From positions 192,001 to 256,000 of the forward strand of contig JBFMAY010000001.1 in NCBI GenBank assembly GCA_040755455.1: DNA of 64,000 nt, read 5' to 3'. The first letter of the stretch is position 1, and every line of letters starts with the position of its first letter. The notes under the pieces were generated by a model. The model searched no databases. It had not been told where the DNA came from and saw only the letters and a program-made list of their open reading frames with translations. Of the stretch, positions 9,530 to 20,257 are shown in pieces. Both the position numbers and the translations under genes were made by a program. The DNA is from Thermodesulfobacteriota bacterium. GTDB taxonomy: Bacteria; Desulfobacterota; Desulfobulbia; Desulfobulbales; SURF-16.

Positions 9530-11119
9530 TTAACGGCAGATCAATCCCTGTGATAAATTCCTGCAGGGAATCGTTTGGGATCCTTTATCGTCTCCGATTT
9601 GAAGCGAAATTGTCATGGGCGGATTATTCGCCTCGCTAAGATCAAGTCTATACCCAAATACTTCGAAGGTGAACTGCTGCCCCGTCCTATTTGCGGGCCT
9701 GATGATCATCAAACGAATACCAGACCCCTCTTTGTCTTTTGGTGCAAGGAAAAGGAAACACCCCATACCAATGCGCTTAAAGGACCCTGAAGGAATAATT
9801 TGGCTAAAAAAACTTCCATCCGTGTCAGAGAGGGTAAACATCACATCTTCTATCTTAGGTTCAATACCGTCGCTCATATCGGCCAATGCGAAAAAACCCT
9901 TGTTAAAGAAGTGTCCCTTCTGATGAAGTTTTTCAAGCAAAATCAAAGTAGTACCGAAAGAGGCAAAGGAATTCGCGGTTACCGGCGGAATAAGCGCCAC
10001 ACCAGATGGTGCTTTACCCAAGCCCAGCGCAGGATTACTAAAATCGCTCAGCACGGTACGCTGCCCTGTCACGGGGTCCACGCGAAATAGCGCGCCGAGC
10101 CCTGGTCCAGTCACATCATCAACGTCTTGATCCACTACCAAGATAGCGCCTGTGGACTCAACGGCCACGTTTCGTAAAAACGTTCCGGTGGCCCCCTGCG
10201 TAGCATTTCCGAAATCGCTGAGCAAGGTCCGTTGACCGCTTACCGGGTCCACTCGAAATAGCGCACCACCTGGATCAAGCGTGCCTTCAGGAAACGAACC
10301 GGCAAATGGGGCGGCGACTAGGATCGAGCCCGAGGCTTCGATTGCAATGCCACTAGGGAATTGCGCCAAGCTGCCTTCGGCAGGGTTGCCGAAATCGCTT
10401 AGCACTGTGCGCTGACCAGTCACTGGATCTATGCGAAACAGAAGTCCTCCCGGCGAATCGCCCAAGTTATTGCAATCGGTGACAAGTATTGTGCCTGAAG
10501 CCTCGACAGCTACCCCGAAAGTGCACTGGCCGCCGAGTGTACCCTGCGTTGGATCACCGAAGTCGCTGAACATCGTTCGCTGACCGGTTACGGGGTCCAC
10601 GCGTAAGAGCGCATCGCGAAAGACCGTCCCGCCTTCGTCTGCACTGCCAGCGCCTTGTGCTGTCACAAGGATCTCACCCGAAACCTCAACCGCAATCCCC
10701 AAGATACCACCTCCACTAGCGCTATCTGCCACGGGACCCTGCGTTGGATCACTGAAGTCGCTCAGCACAGTTCGCTCTCCGGTAATTGAGTTCACGCGAA
10801 ACAACTTGTTGACCTGTGGGTCAAGGACAAGTATCGCTTCTGAAGACTCGTTGGCTAAATTAAACGGACCAAGCCCTAGTTGACCCTGGCTGGGATTGTC
10901 AAAATCACTCAGCACAGTTCGTGTGCCAGTTATGGGATCCAAACGCAACAACCCTACGCTATAATCCACGACGGCGATATCGGCCGGATTAAGCTGTGCG
11001 GCAAGGGGTAGAACGCTTACCAGCAGCAGGCTCGCAGTGAACATCATCACACGAAACAAAGTATCATGGATTGAAATACGTCTATTCAAATGACAGGAAT
11101 GATATTGGTCTTCTTGCAT
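9530..11119 (-). CDS. Secreted six-repeat beta-propeller-like protein (NHL/SMP-30-like) with extra C-terminal domain
   Basis: Signal-peptide-like MMFTASLLLVSVLPLAAQ; six copies of L[FL]RxDPxTGxRTxxSDFxxP...G[IV]AVExSGxILV. The true start may be a downstream Met. Confidence 0.75.
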   Translation of the reverse strand: MQEDQYHSCHLNRRISIHDTLFRVMMFTASLLLVSVLPLAAQLNPADIAVVDYSVGLLRLDPITGTRTVLSDFDNPSQGQLGLGPFNLANESSEAILVLDPQVNKLFRVNSITGERTVLSDFSDPTQGPVADSASGGGILGIAVEVSGEILVTAQGAGSADEGGTVFRDALLRVDPVTGQRTMFSDFGDPTQGTLGGQCTFGVAVEASGTILVTDCNNLGDSPGGLLFRIDPVTGQRTVLSDFGNPAEGSLAQFPSGIAIEASGSILVAAPFAGSFPEGTLDPGGALFRVDPVSGQRTLLSDFGNATQGATGTFLRNVAVESTGAILVVDQDVDDVTGPGLGALFRVDPVTGQRTVLSDFSNPALGLGKAPSGVALIPPVTANSFASFGTTLILLEKLHQKGHFFNKGFFALADMSDGIEPKIEDVMFTLSDTDGSFFSQIIPSGSFKRIGMGCFLFLAPKDKEGSGIRLMIIRPANRTGQQFTFEVFGYRLDLSEANNPPMTISLQIGDDKGSQTIPCRNLSQGLICR

Positions 11120-11505
11120 TGGACACCACCTTATTGAGGATGAGGGTATAACTCATAAACTGCTCAGATTGTTACTATTGCCTAGAGGACCAGGCAAAAC
11201 GGGTGGAGCAATTAAAGTTATTTTGATGCATATAGTGGGGACAACCGTCCTTGCCCCCTGAGGGGGCAAGGCAATGTAACCCCCTATGGGGGTGACCAAA
11301 GCCGGGCACTCAGGACCCGGATTCATTACTTTACATGCTTTTACATTTAAGCGCTGATGCTTAACAAAAAGCTTTAATTTCATAAGTTACGACGAGTTGT
11401 TCGTTAAAGTCCGACAGACTCCTAGCTTCTTATTAAGATGGCGCTCAATATTTTGATTTTCCTTGTCCCTGCAATTCCATGTTTCTTCAGTCTTCCTCTT
11501 GAAAT

Positions 11506-11542
11506 AAAAAAAGCCGGGTCACCATAACTTGGCAACCCGGCT
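11506..11542 (-). terminator. Intrinsic terminator forming the riboswitch expression platform
   Basis: Minus strand AGCCGGGTTGCCA-AGTTA-TGGTGACCCGGCT followed by a T7 run; the 5' arm overlaps the aptamer 3' end. Confidence 0.8.
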
Positions 11543-11600
11543 CGCTTGAAAGCTCCGTGGCTTTCCGTCCCCATCTCGCGGTGGGTTTGGCTTTATCTAT
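11528..11600 (-). ncRNA. c-di-GMP-I (GEMM-I) riboswitch aptamer
   Basis: Minus strand AAAGCCAAACCCACCGCGAGATGGGGACGGAAAGCCACGGAGCTTTCAAGCGAGCCGGGTTGCC matches the GEMM-I pattern GxCAAACC-(GNRA loop GCGA)-GGGACGxAAAGCC...AGCCGGGTTGCC. Confidence 0.88.
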
Positions 11601-11766
11601 ACTCTATCCTAACAATCTCATACAATGCGACAACCAATTTGTAAATATGGCAAATTGCCACACCTATTGACAGTTAAACTCAAAAAGAGATTCGCATTGG
11701 CAATTTTGGCCTTAGAGCGTATACGATAATAACTTGACCTTCTTCCTGACTCCACGTAACAAAAAA

Positions 11767-12948
11767 TTACCGCGAACCATTATGCGGTCCGATCGTAAAG
11801 ATAAAAAACAGGGAGCCGGCCAAGAGTACAAGTCCTGCCGCCACAAAAGACTGGGCATAGCCGAGGGAGGACGCCACGAGTCCCGAGAGGATCGGGCCGG
11901 AGGTGTGACCGATATCCATGATGGAGCCGAGAACCCCCATGGCAGAGCCGCGTGCTTCGGGGCTGCTCAGGTCCGCGATGTAGGCCGATGTCGCGGAGCT
12001 AAGCACCGAATGGCAGAGGCCGAAGGCGATGCTGAGGCACAGCAGGGGGATGAAGGAGGTAACCAACGAAAAGCCGCCGATACATGCCGCCCCCAGCAGC
12101 CCTCCCGCGAATATCTGCTGTTTTCGGCCATGGGTGTCCGAAAATTTTCCCATGATCGGCTTGGTGAGTGCAAGCACGATGATTTGGCCGGAGAGAAAGA
12201 CCCCGATATGGGCGGCAGACAAGCCGCTGTTCACTGCATGCAGTGGGAGGAAGGTCTCAAAGGTCCCATAAGCAAAAAGAATGGCAGCCTCAACGGTACA
12301 GGTTGCCAGAATGTTCCGGTCAAGCACGACGGTCTTGAAAACGCGAAACGTCTCGGGCCAGGTTTGCTCGATCCTCCCTGTATCTTCCGGCTCCGGCAGC
12401 AACCGGGCAAGAGTGAGAGCGGCAAGGCCTGCTCCGCCGCAGATAAGGTAAACAACCATGTACCCGGCGGACGACTGCAGTGAAAAAAGACCAAGGACGA
12501 CGCCGCCAATAAGCGGGGCCATGAATCTCCCGGCGAGTGTCGAGGTGGAAAACCAGCCCAGCTTTTCTCCGCGCTCCTTATGTGACAGCCCGGAAACCAT
12601 GGCCATGGCGACCGGCACGAAAATGGCCGTGGCAAACCCATGATAGAAGCGCACCAGGGCCAGTTGCCAGACCGTGGTCACCACGAGATAACCAAAAGGT
12701 GCGGAGGCGAAGATTATCGCGGCAACCATGATCAGCCGTTTTTTACCGAATCGGTCGGCCAGTATCCCGGCAGGAACACTGCAGACAACCCCGGCAAAGG
12801 CCGAAACTCCGGCGATCAAGCCAATGCTGGCCGGATCGGCGCCTAAGTGGCCGGCAAAAAGCGGCAGCACCGGGCTTTTGGATATGGTGGAACTGAAAAT
12901 TGCCAATAGCCCCGTGGCGCAAAGAACCAGAAAAGGACTGAAGTTCAT
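11767..12948 (-). CDS. MFS transporter (DHA1-like)
   Basis: About 12 hydrophobic segments; GILADRFGKK and GKFSDTHGRK MFS motif A copies. Confidence 0.9.
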   Translation of the reverse strand: MNFSPFLVLCATGLLAIFSSTISKSPVLPLFAGHLGADPASIGLIAGVSAFAGVVCSVPAGILADRFGKKRLIMVAAIIFASAPFGYLVVTTVWQLALVRFYHGFATAIFVPVAMAMVSGLSHKERGEKLGWFSTSTLAGRFMAPLIGGVVLGLFSLQSSAGYMVVYLICGGAGLAALTLARLLPEPEDTGRIEQTWPETFRVFKTVVLDRNILATCTVEAAILFAYGTFETFLPLHAVNSGLSAAHIGVFLSGQIIVLALTKPIMGKFSDTHGRKQQIFAGGLLGAACIGGFSLVTSFIPLLCLSIAFGLCHSVLSSATSAYIADLSSPEARGSAMGVLGSIMDIGHTSGPILSGLVASSLGYAQSFVAAGLVLLAGSLFFIFTIGPHNGSR

Positions 12949-13388
12949 TGTGTTCTCTTTACTCTATTCCTGAGATGCGAATTCCGGGGGCATCTTACTT
13001 TTGATTATTGTCAACCCGGATCAACATGGTCCGTGAAGGATGCATGCAATCAATCTACCCGACAATGACTTTTTGGTAAAACAATTCGTCAGGTGCGGGC
13101 CAACATATTTTGAGAACAATATATAAGGACCACCCAAGACACTATCATCGGCGGATATGCCAAAATGCGTCGCAGGACCACGGCGAGGCATAATCGAACA
13201 GGTAACGGGGTCTCTCCTTGTTCCTGCAAAATATTTCGTTTGCTTTGTGGCGGAGATCTGGGAGTAATTTCTTAGGGGACTCTTGAAGAGCGCGGTAAAG
13301 TCTGTCATCATGGGTATATGGTAGTCACATATGCGAGACTCACGAGGGAGGTCATCCACACTGCGTTTTACCGACAAGGGGATGTTGA

Positions 13389-15620
13389 ATGCCTGAGCCA
13401 ACAAAAAGTGTGTTACCGACTTATCCGCAAAAAAAACGTTCATTCTCCAAGACCCTCACTGTCGCCCTGATCCTGACGGTTGTGGGGGTTTCCGTCGTGA
13501 CAGTTTCCCTGTCATATTTTGCTGTGGCCAAAAAGGCGAAGTTGCAACTGGAGGAAAGAGCGGATGAATATCTGTCCTCCCTGGTGAGTGTTCTGGCAAT
13601 ACCGCTGTGGGAGCTTGATGAATCGGAAGCCAGGAGCATAGGCAATGCTTACCTGCAAAACGAGCTCATTGAAAAAATCAAAATAACCGACAACCTGGGC
13701 AATGTCTTCTTTGACTCTGCCAGGAAGAGCAATGCCCCCCTGGTGAGCAGGGCCGGCAAGATCGTCCACGAAGGCCAAGTGGTAGGCCACATTGAAATAT
13801 CCCTCACCGAAAAACACAATGCCGCAGCTCGCCGGCAGTTGTTGTTGTCCGGCATGGGCACGCTCGTTGCCGTCATTCTTGTCTTGCTGATTGCCACCAG
13901 ATTTCTGCTGCGCATGCTGCTGACCAGGCCTCTTAATGATCTTGGCAGGATTGTCAATGCCTATGCGGCGGGCAAATACGATTTGCCAGCTCACGACATG
14001 CCGTTTATCGAATTTCAGACCTTGGTGGATGTGCTTGGCGAAATGGGCGGCAAGATCAAGTCGCAGATGACGGAACTGCGGGATGCCGAGAAGAAGTATC
14101 GCAGCATCTTTGAAAACGCTGTGGAAGGCATTTTTCAAACCACACCGGAAGGGCGTTTCCTGAGCGCCAATCCATCCATGGCGCGGATGCTTGGCTATGA
14201 TTCTCCTGAAGAGCTGATTGCGGGCATTGCTGATATCGGGCACCAGCTCTATGTCGACCCGGAGCGCCGGCTGGAATTCATTCAAATGATGAAAGAGAGC
14301 AAAACAGTTGTCTCTTTTCAGGTTGAATTTTGCCGTAAAGACAAAAGCACCATATGGGTGTCGATTCATGCTCGACCTTTTTTCAGTGAGAACGGTGAGT
14401 TGATCCTGATGGAAGGCATCACTGAAGATATCACCGAGCACAGGCGGGCGGAAGCGGAACGGGCAAAGCTCGAAGGCCAGCTCCGCCAGTCACAGAAAAT
14501 GGAAACGGTTGGTCTTCTTGCCGGCGGCATTGCCCATGATTTCAACAATCTGCTGACTATCATCCTTGGTTATTCCGACCTGCTGGCTGCCGATTTTGCA
14601 GAAGACGCCCCGCGTCGGCACAAGCTCCAGGCAATCATCCATGCCGGGGACCGCGCGAAAGAAATGACCCAGCGGTTGCTCGCCTTCAGCCGCAAGCAAA
14701 TCATCGAGCCAAAGCCTCTGGCGCTGGGTGCTGTTATTCAAAAGTTTGTGGACATGCTGCGCCGCACGATTCGCGAGGACATTGTCATTGAGATCAGGAT
14801 TTCCCCCTCCCTCTCCCTGGTGCGGGCCGACCCGGGACAGATCGAGCAGGTCTTGGCCAATCTGTCAATAAATGCCCAGGACGCCATGCCGGCAGGCGGC
14901 ACCCTGACCATTGAAGCAGGCGATATCGATCTCGATGCATCCTATACGGCAAATCATCCGGAAATAGTGCCAGGACCGTATGTCATGCTCGCGGTGAGCG
15001 ATACGGGCGTGGGCATGGACGGGGAGACCATGGAACATATTTTTGATCCGTTTTTCACCACCAAGGAGCTGGGCAAGGGCACGGGCCTGGGGCTTTCGAC
15101 GGTGTACGGCATCGTCAAGCAACATGGCGGCGCCATCGCGGTTTATTCTGAAAAGGGTCACGGATCCACATTCAAGATTTATCTCCCCACATTGGTCGAG
15201 GAAGAGGCTCCGGGCGAAGAGGACGGGATGGCTCTGGATGAAGTGGGCTCCGGCACGGAAACGATTCTGCTGGCTGAGGACAATGAAATGGTCCGGAACC
15301 TTGCCTGCACCATGCTGCAGAGCCTCGGCTATCAGGTGCTGGTGGCGGAAAATCCCGAGCGCTGCGTCGAGCTGGCCACAGAGCATGTTGGCGCCATCAA
15401 CCTGTTGCTGACCGATGTGGTGATGCCGGGGATGAACGGGAAGGACCTCTTCGATCAGCTTCGCCAGATCCTGCCTGAATTGAAGGTCTTGTTCATGTCG
15501 GGATACGCCAGCGATGTGATCACGCACCACGGCGTTATCGATGAAGGCGTGAATTTCGTCCAGAAGCCTTTTGTCATTCGTACTCTGGCCAAAAAGGTGC
15601 GAACCGCCCTTGCCTCCTAG
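13389..15620 (+). CDS. Membrane hybrid sensor histidine kinase (periplasmic domain-HAMP-PAS-HisKA-HATPase-REC)
   Basis: Two TMs; [67 protein letters not shown]. Confidence 0.93.
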   Translation: MPEPTKSVLPTYPQKKRSFSKTLTVALILTVVGVSVVTVSLSYFAVAKKAKLQLEERADEYLSSLVSVLAIPLWELDESEARSIGNAYLQNELIEKIKITDNLGNVFFDSARKSNAPLVSRAGKIVHEGQVVGHIEISLTEKHNAAARRQLLLSGMGTLVAVILVLLIATRFLLRMLLTRPLNDLGRIVNAYAAGKYDLPAHDMPFIEFQTLVDVLGEMGGKIKSQMTELRDAEKKYRSIFENAVEGIFQTTPEGRFLSANPSMARMLGYDSPEELIAGIADIGHQLYVDPERRLEFIQMMKESKTVVSFQVEFCRKDKSTIWVSIHARPFFSENGELILMEGITEDITEHRRAEAERAKLEGQLRQSQKMETVGLLAGGIAHDFNNLLTIILGYSDLLAADFAEDAPRRHKLQAIIHAGDRAKEMTQRLLAFSRKQIIEPKPLALGAVIQKFVDMLRRTIREDIVIEIRISPSLSLVRADPGQIEQVLANLSINAQDAMPAGGTLTIEAGDIDLDASYTANHPEIVPGPYVMLAVSDTGVGMDGETMEHIFDPFFTTKELGKGTGLGLSTVYGIVKQHGGAIAVYSEKGHGSTFKIYLPTLVEEEAPGEEDGMALDEVGSGTETILLAEDNEMVRNLACTMLQSLGYQVLVAENPERCVELATEHVGAINLLLTDVVMPGMNGKDLFDQLRQILPELKVLFMSGYASDVITHHGVIDEGVNFVQKPFVIRTLAKKVRTALAS

Positions 15621-15775
15621 AAAACGCCGGAATCAGCCACCTTTTTCTTGAGGATGTCTCATTAACAAATCCGAGAGCCTGATTCCCGCACGGGGATTGC
15701 CGGACGCTAAATAACGGGTCACTGGGGCTGGAAAAGGGGGATGGGAAAGCAAATTCCATTCACAAAGGAAGGAGC

Positions 15776-16540
15776 ATGCAAAGGACAATTCTGCTATTGG
15801 TAGTGCTGCTGTTGGCTTATGCGCCATTCGGCCAATGTGAGGAAAAAATGTTTTTCCTGACAGGTGGCATATCCCCTCCGCTGGTTTTTGAAAAAAACGG
15901 CCGGATTATCGGCATGGACGTTGATACGGTAAGTGAATTCTGTAAATCTCAAGGAATAACACCGGAATTCAAGGCATATCCCCTCAAGCGCGCCCTGGCG
16001 ATGATGAAGACGTCTGAGGCGCACGGGATTTTTACGATATTTCGCAATCCGGAGCGTGAAGAATTTTTGCAGTTTCCAGAAGCACCAATCAATGCTGTCA
16101 GAACAATTATCATTGGCTTGCGGGGGAGTCATATCAAAATCGGCAGTATGGACGATCTGAAAAACATCAAACTTGGTGTGGTGGATGGCCATAAATATGG
16201 CCCATTGTTTGATAACTATCAAGGATTAAATAAATATCCCGTGCGCGACAAATCCGTCCTGATCCGCTTGCTTGCTGCCGGAGATAGGGTTGATGCCATT
16301 ATTAATTCAGAGGCGGTCTTCAAATATGAATGTATGGAATTCGGCTACGATATGAAGATGTTTGAGAAGCTGTACACGGTTGCTGACAATCCGGTGTATC
16401 TCGGTTTTTCAAAGAAGGCCCTGGGAGAAGAACGGGCAGCCGGGCTGGCGGAGAAGTTCAGTGCATTCATGAAGGAGATGGAAGAAAGCGGTAAGTTGCA
16501 AAGCCTGAGAGAGAGGTACGAGGGGCAGCTAAGTTACTGA
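15776..16540 (+). CDS. Periplasmic solute-binding protein, family 3 (amino-acid type)
   Basis: Signal peptide; PPLVF...GMDVD, P.KRAL.MMK, RNPEREEFLQFP, GKLQSLRERY; SD GGAG upstream. Confidence 0.8.
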   Translation: MQRTILLLVVLLLAYAPFGQCEEKMFFLTGGISPPLVFEKNGRIIGMDVDTVSEFCKSQGITPEFKAYPLKRALAMMKTSEAHGIFTIFRNPEREEFLQFPEAPINAVRTIIIGLRGSHIKIGSMDDLKNIKLGVVDGHKYGPLFDNYQGLNKYPVRDKSVLIRLLAAGDRVDAIINSEAVFKYECMEFGYDMKMFEKLYTVADNPVYLGFSKKALGEERAAGLAEKFSAFMKEMEESGKLQSLRERYEGQLSY

Positions 16541-16634
16541 ATAAAATCATCAGGATAGCTCTGCTCGTAACAAGACCGGCATCAAAGCGATTCATTATAA
16601 CCCAGATGAAGGCTATGCGGCAGCCTGTCGGTTT

Positions 16635-19280
16635 TCAGGCGTCAATGATTTCCCTGACCGTTCTGCTCAGATTTTCCAGGGTGAAGGGTTTCTGCAGGAA
16701 GGCATTGACGCCCAGCTGCATCACCTCGTCAACCCGGGAATCATGCCGGAAGCCCGAGACAAGCAGGACCTTCACCGCCGGGTTGATTTCTTTCAGCTGG
16801 ATATAGGCCTCCTTGCCGGACATGACGGGCATGACCATGTCGAGAATGACGGCGGCTATGCTGCTTTGTTTCTCCCGGTATATCTCGGCCCCTTCCTGGC
16901 CGTCCTTGGCAGACAGTACCGTGTAGCCCGCGGATTCGAGAATGGAGCATGTGGTCTCGCGCATGATTTTGTCGTCATCAATAACAAGCAGGCATTCGTC
17001 ACCGCGGGGGATGCTCGTTTTTTCCAGTGCTTCTTCCCGGTGAACCGTCCGGTCAAGCACCGGCACATAGACACTGAAGGTGGAGCCGAGCCCCGGCTCT
17101 GAATAGACATCGATAAACCCTTCAAGCTGTTTGATGATATTGTAAACCATGGTCAGGCCCAGGCCGGTTCCCTTGGCGCTGCCTTTGGTGGTGAAAAATG
17201 GATCAAATATTTTGGAAACGGTATTGGTATCCATGCCGACGCCGGTATCACCGATGGAAATCTTCCAGTACAGGCCCTGGATCGCCTCCGGGTGATATTT
17301 GCGGAAAGCAGCATCAGCGGTGACCTGCTCAACAGACATTGCCAGGGTGCCGCCCCATGGCGTCCCTTCCCGCATGATGGTCATGGCGTGGACGGCGTTG
17401 ATGCAGAGATTTAACAGGACCTGTTCAATCTGGGTGGGGTCGGCCATGGCATATGCCGGTGTCTGGGGCTGCCGCACTTCGATTTTCACCGATTTGTCAA
17501 AGGTATTTTCCCCGATCTTGCGCACGTGCTTGATGGAGAGATTGAGATCAACCGGAACCCGCTTGATTGGCTGTTTGCTGGAAAGCGTCAGGAGCTGGCG
17601 GACCAGATCCGCGGCCCGGTATCCGGCCGAGGACATCCTGTCGAGATATTCACGCAATTCACTGGCCGGCATATGGTCGTTATTGTCCAGGCGGAACTGC
17701 ATGAGTGAGAGATTGCCGAGGATGCCGCCCAGGACATTGTTGAAATCATGGGCCAGTCCCCCGGCCAGGGTGCCCACGGATTCCATCTTCTGGGCCTGGC
17801 GCAGCTGTTTTTCCTTCATCTCCAGTTCGGTGATGTCGTCGAGCCTGATGGCGATGCCCTTGGAACCATTGGCGACAAGAGGGAACAAGGTCAGATTATA
17901 GGTTTTTTCGCCATGGTCGGTCATCAATTCCCGGTGCAGCTTGATGGGCTGCTGGTCCATGGTGATGCGTTTGAAATGTTCGGTGTATTTGTTGAAAAAC
18001 GGGGCGATTTCCCAGATTTTCCGGCCGATTGCTTCCCCTGAGGTAATCCCGGTGGCTTCAATTGCCGCGGAATTCCACTGGGTGATCCTGGCGTCTTCAT
18101 CAATGGCAATCAGCATGGATGGCATTGATTCAATGATATTGTTGAGGTAATTGCGCATTCTGGCAATTTCCTCCGCCGCCTGCTGCTGGGTGGTGATGTC
18201 GCGCAGCATGCCTTCATACTTGATGATATGGCCCTGGTCATTCATCACAGCCTGGCATGAGAGAGAGGCGATGACCGGGGAGCCGTCTTTTTGCAGCAGC
18301 CTGACCTCGTAACCCTTCAGGAAAAAATGATCCCTTATGGTGTTTTGAAAAACCGCCACTGCTTCACGGTCCGCGAAGATTTCGGCGAAGAGATTGCGGG
18401 CAAGGAGCTCTTCCTTGGTGGAATAGCCGAGAATATCGAGCATGGCGGGGTTGATGTCAGCAAATGCGCCGTGCTGGTCACAGACGAAAATCCCCTCCAT
18501 GGCCCGTTCAAAAAGGTGGCGGAATTTTTTTTCTGAATTGCGCAGGGCAATCTCCCGCACCTCAATGGTATGGGCCATGACCCCCAGTGCCCTGGAGAAT
18601 TTTTCCAGTTCAAAGATGAGCTTCGGCGCTGGCAGGGTGACATTGAAGTCTCCCTGGCTGATGCTCTCGGTTGCCTGCATGAGGCTTTGCATGGGCCTGG
18701 AAAGGCGCCGCGACACGAAAATGCCGAAAAACACGGCAATCAGCCAGAAAAGGATGCCGGTCAGCACCCCCTTTTTCTGCACATCAGCAATGTGGACCAG
18801 CATTTCCCGCAGGGACAGAAAAACCCTGGCATGGCCCATCAGAATGTTTTCCACGTAAATGGGATTGGTGATGATGAGCTGCCCGGAGCCGGCTTCCAGA
18901 CAGACATGGAGAGTGTCATCACGGCGGGGATGTTCGTCTTGGCTGTCATCGCTCATCCTGGTGCCGAGTCGGTTGATGTCGGTTGCGGCAAGCATTGTCC
19001 ACGCGGGATCACTGATCTCGATGGCATTGACGTTCGGCAGGGCGGAGAATTCCCGGACAAAGTCCTGCAGGGCGGCGAAATTCTCGGTGATGATATGATC
19101 GGCAACGGCAAAGGAAATGTCCTGGGTGATCTTCTTGCCGTATTCGGACAGGCTGTTGAGGGCATATTCCTTGAAACGCACGGTATAGAGGGTGACGATG
19201 GCCGCGGTCAGGAGGAAGGTGATGGCTGACAGGTAAAAGATAAGATGGGTGCGGATACGGAAAGAAGGCATCAAGGTCAT
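16635..19280 (-). CDS. Membrane hybrid sensor histidine kinase (HAMP, two PAS, HisKA, HATPase, REC)
   Basis: [44 protein letters not shown]; two PAS segments. Confidence 0.93.
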   Translation of the reverse strand: MTLMPSFRIRTHLIFYLSAITFLLTAAIVTLYTVRFKEYALNSLSEYGKKITQDISFAVADHIITENFAALQDFVREFSALPNVNAIEISDPAWTMLAATDINRLGTRMSDDSQDEHPRRDDTLHVCLEAGSGQLIITNPIYVENILMGHARVFLSLREMLVHIADVQKKGVLTGILFWLIAVFFGIFVSRRLSRPMQSLMQATESISQGDFNVTLPAPKLIFELEKFSRALGVMAHTIEVREIALRNSEKKFRHLFERAMEGIFVCDQHGAFADINPAMLDILGYSTKEELLARNLFAEIFADREAVAVFQNTIRDHFFLKGYEVRLLQKDGSPVIASLSCQAVMNDQGHIIKYEGMLRDITTQQQAAEEIARMRNYLNNIIESMPSMLIAIDEDARITQWNSAAIEATGITSGEAIGRKIWEIAPFFNKYTEHFKRITMDQQPIKLHRELMTDHGEKTYNLTLFPLVANGSKGIAIRLDDITELEMKEKQLRQAQKMESVGTLAGGLAHDFNNVLGGILGNLSLMQFRLDNNDHMPASELREYLDRMSSAGYRAADLVRQLLTLSSKQPIKRVPVDLNLSIKHVRKIGENTFDKSVKIEVRQPQTPAYAMADPTQIEQVLLNLCINAVHAMTIMREGTPWGGTLAMSVEQVTADAAFRKYHPEAIQGLYWKISIGDTGVGMDTNTVSKIFDPFFTTKGSAKGTGLGLTMVYNIIKQLEGFIDVYSEPGLGSTFSVYVPVLDRTVHREEALEKTSIPRGDECLLVIDDDKIMRETTCSILESAGYTVLSAKDGQEGAEIYREKQSSIAAVILDMVMPVMSGKEAYIQLKEINPAVKVLLVSGFRHDSRVDEVMQLGVNAFLQKPFTLENLSRTVREIIDA

Positions 19281-20131
19281 TGTTCTGTAATTTTTTGTAC
19301 TTCCCGGTGAAATGCCTCGTAGTCCGCGTCTTCCGCGGTGACAATGTGATGGATCTGCAGACTTTGCAGGATTTCCTTGTCCCCGGGGCTTGCAGCGTTG
19401 ATCGTTGTCAGCACTTCCTTGATGCGGGCCACTGTTTCCGGGTCCATGCTGTTTTTGACCGCAAAGGGAAACTGGGGAATCGGCCCGGATCTGGAGATGA
19501 TTCTCACCTGGTCGCGCACCGCGTCGAATGCCGGGCTTTCCAGCACCTCGAGCTTGACGACGCCGGCCTCGTATTGCCGGTTGACCACGCTGAGGATGAT
19601 GGAGTCGACCTTGTTGAGAAAGTTGAATTGCACCTCATGATCCGGGGAGATGCCCAGCTCGGACAGCTGCTGTTTGAAGAACATGTACCCGGCATAGGAG
19701 TGCTTGCCGATGGCGGCTATTTTTTTGCCTTTCAGCTGTTCAAGAGTAGTGATCTCGCTGTCTTTTCGGACAATGACCGCCCCATAGAACGGCGGTTCGC
19801 CCCTGGCAATGATATGGTAACCGGCGGGCTGGATGTGGAAGAAACAGTTGACGCAGGGCAGGGCCAGATCATAATCGCCCTGTTTGGCTTTTTCCATGAA
19901 TGAGTCATAGTCGGCTGCAGAAACGAGTTCAACCTTTTTACCGGTTTTTTCCTCGATGCGTTTGGCGATGGGGGCAAAGAGAGTGAAGATGGTGCGGGGA
20001 GACTTGTAGGGGAAAACCCCGAATCTTATGAGTTTGGAGGGATCATGGGCGAATGCCGGAGGGCGGCCGGCGATAAGGAGCATGAGCGCGGCAAAAAAAA
20101 GTATTCCTGCAGGCCTGAAATATTTTTGCAT
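19277..20131 (-). CDS. PhnD/SsuA-like phosphate/phosphite/phosphonate-binding periplasmic protein
   Basis: Signal peptide; FGVFPY, FAPIAKRIEEKTGKKVEL, IVRKDSEI.TLEQLKGKKIA, S.PIPQFP; stop overlaps the kinase start (ATGA). Confidence 0.82.
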   Translation of the reverse strand: MQKYFRPAGILFFAALMLLIAGRPPAFAHDPSKLIRFGVFPYKSPRTIFTLFAPIAKRIEEKTGKKVELVSAADYDSFMEKAKQGDYDLALPCVNCFFHIQPAGYHIIARGEPPFYGAVIVRKDSEITTLEQLKGKKIAAIGKHSYAGYMFFKQQLSELGISPDHEVQFNFLNKVDSIILSVVNRQYEAGVVKLEVLESPAFDAVRDQVRIISRSGPIPQFPFAVKNSMDPETVARIKEVLTTINAASPGDKEILQSLQIHHIVTAEDADYEAFHREVQKITEQ

Positions 20132-20257
20132 AATATTTTCAGTGACTCTTGTTTTGTTTGCAACTTATTATCACTTAAGCTCTTTTTTTCAGCTTAGGTG
20201 TTTTTGCATGCTTCTGTCAAGCTCATTCAGCGGTTTTCCGGGAGGCAGCGAAGCAAA

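Noticed and set aside
10040..10960. Recurring DNA similarity at ~150-200 bp spacing, considered as CRISPR or tandem array
   Set aside because: These are degenerate in-frame protein repeats of the beta-propeller gene, not identical repeats with unique spacers
11153..11383. 76-aa minus ORF between riboswitch and propeller gene
   Set aside because: No SD or homology cues; it runs through the hairpin cluster and is more likely non-coding
13021..13443. 140-aa minus ORF upstream of the MFS gene
   Set aside because: No motifs, atypical composition, overlaps the kinase start; likely promoter/spacer DNA
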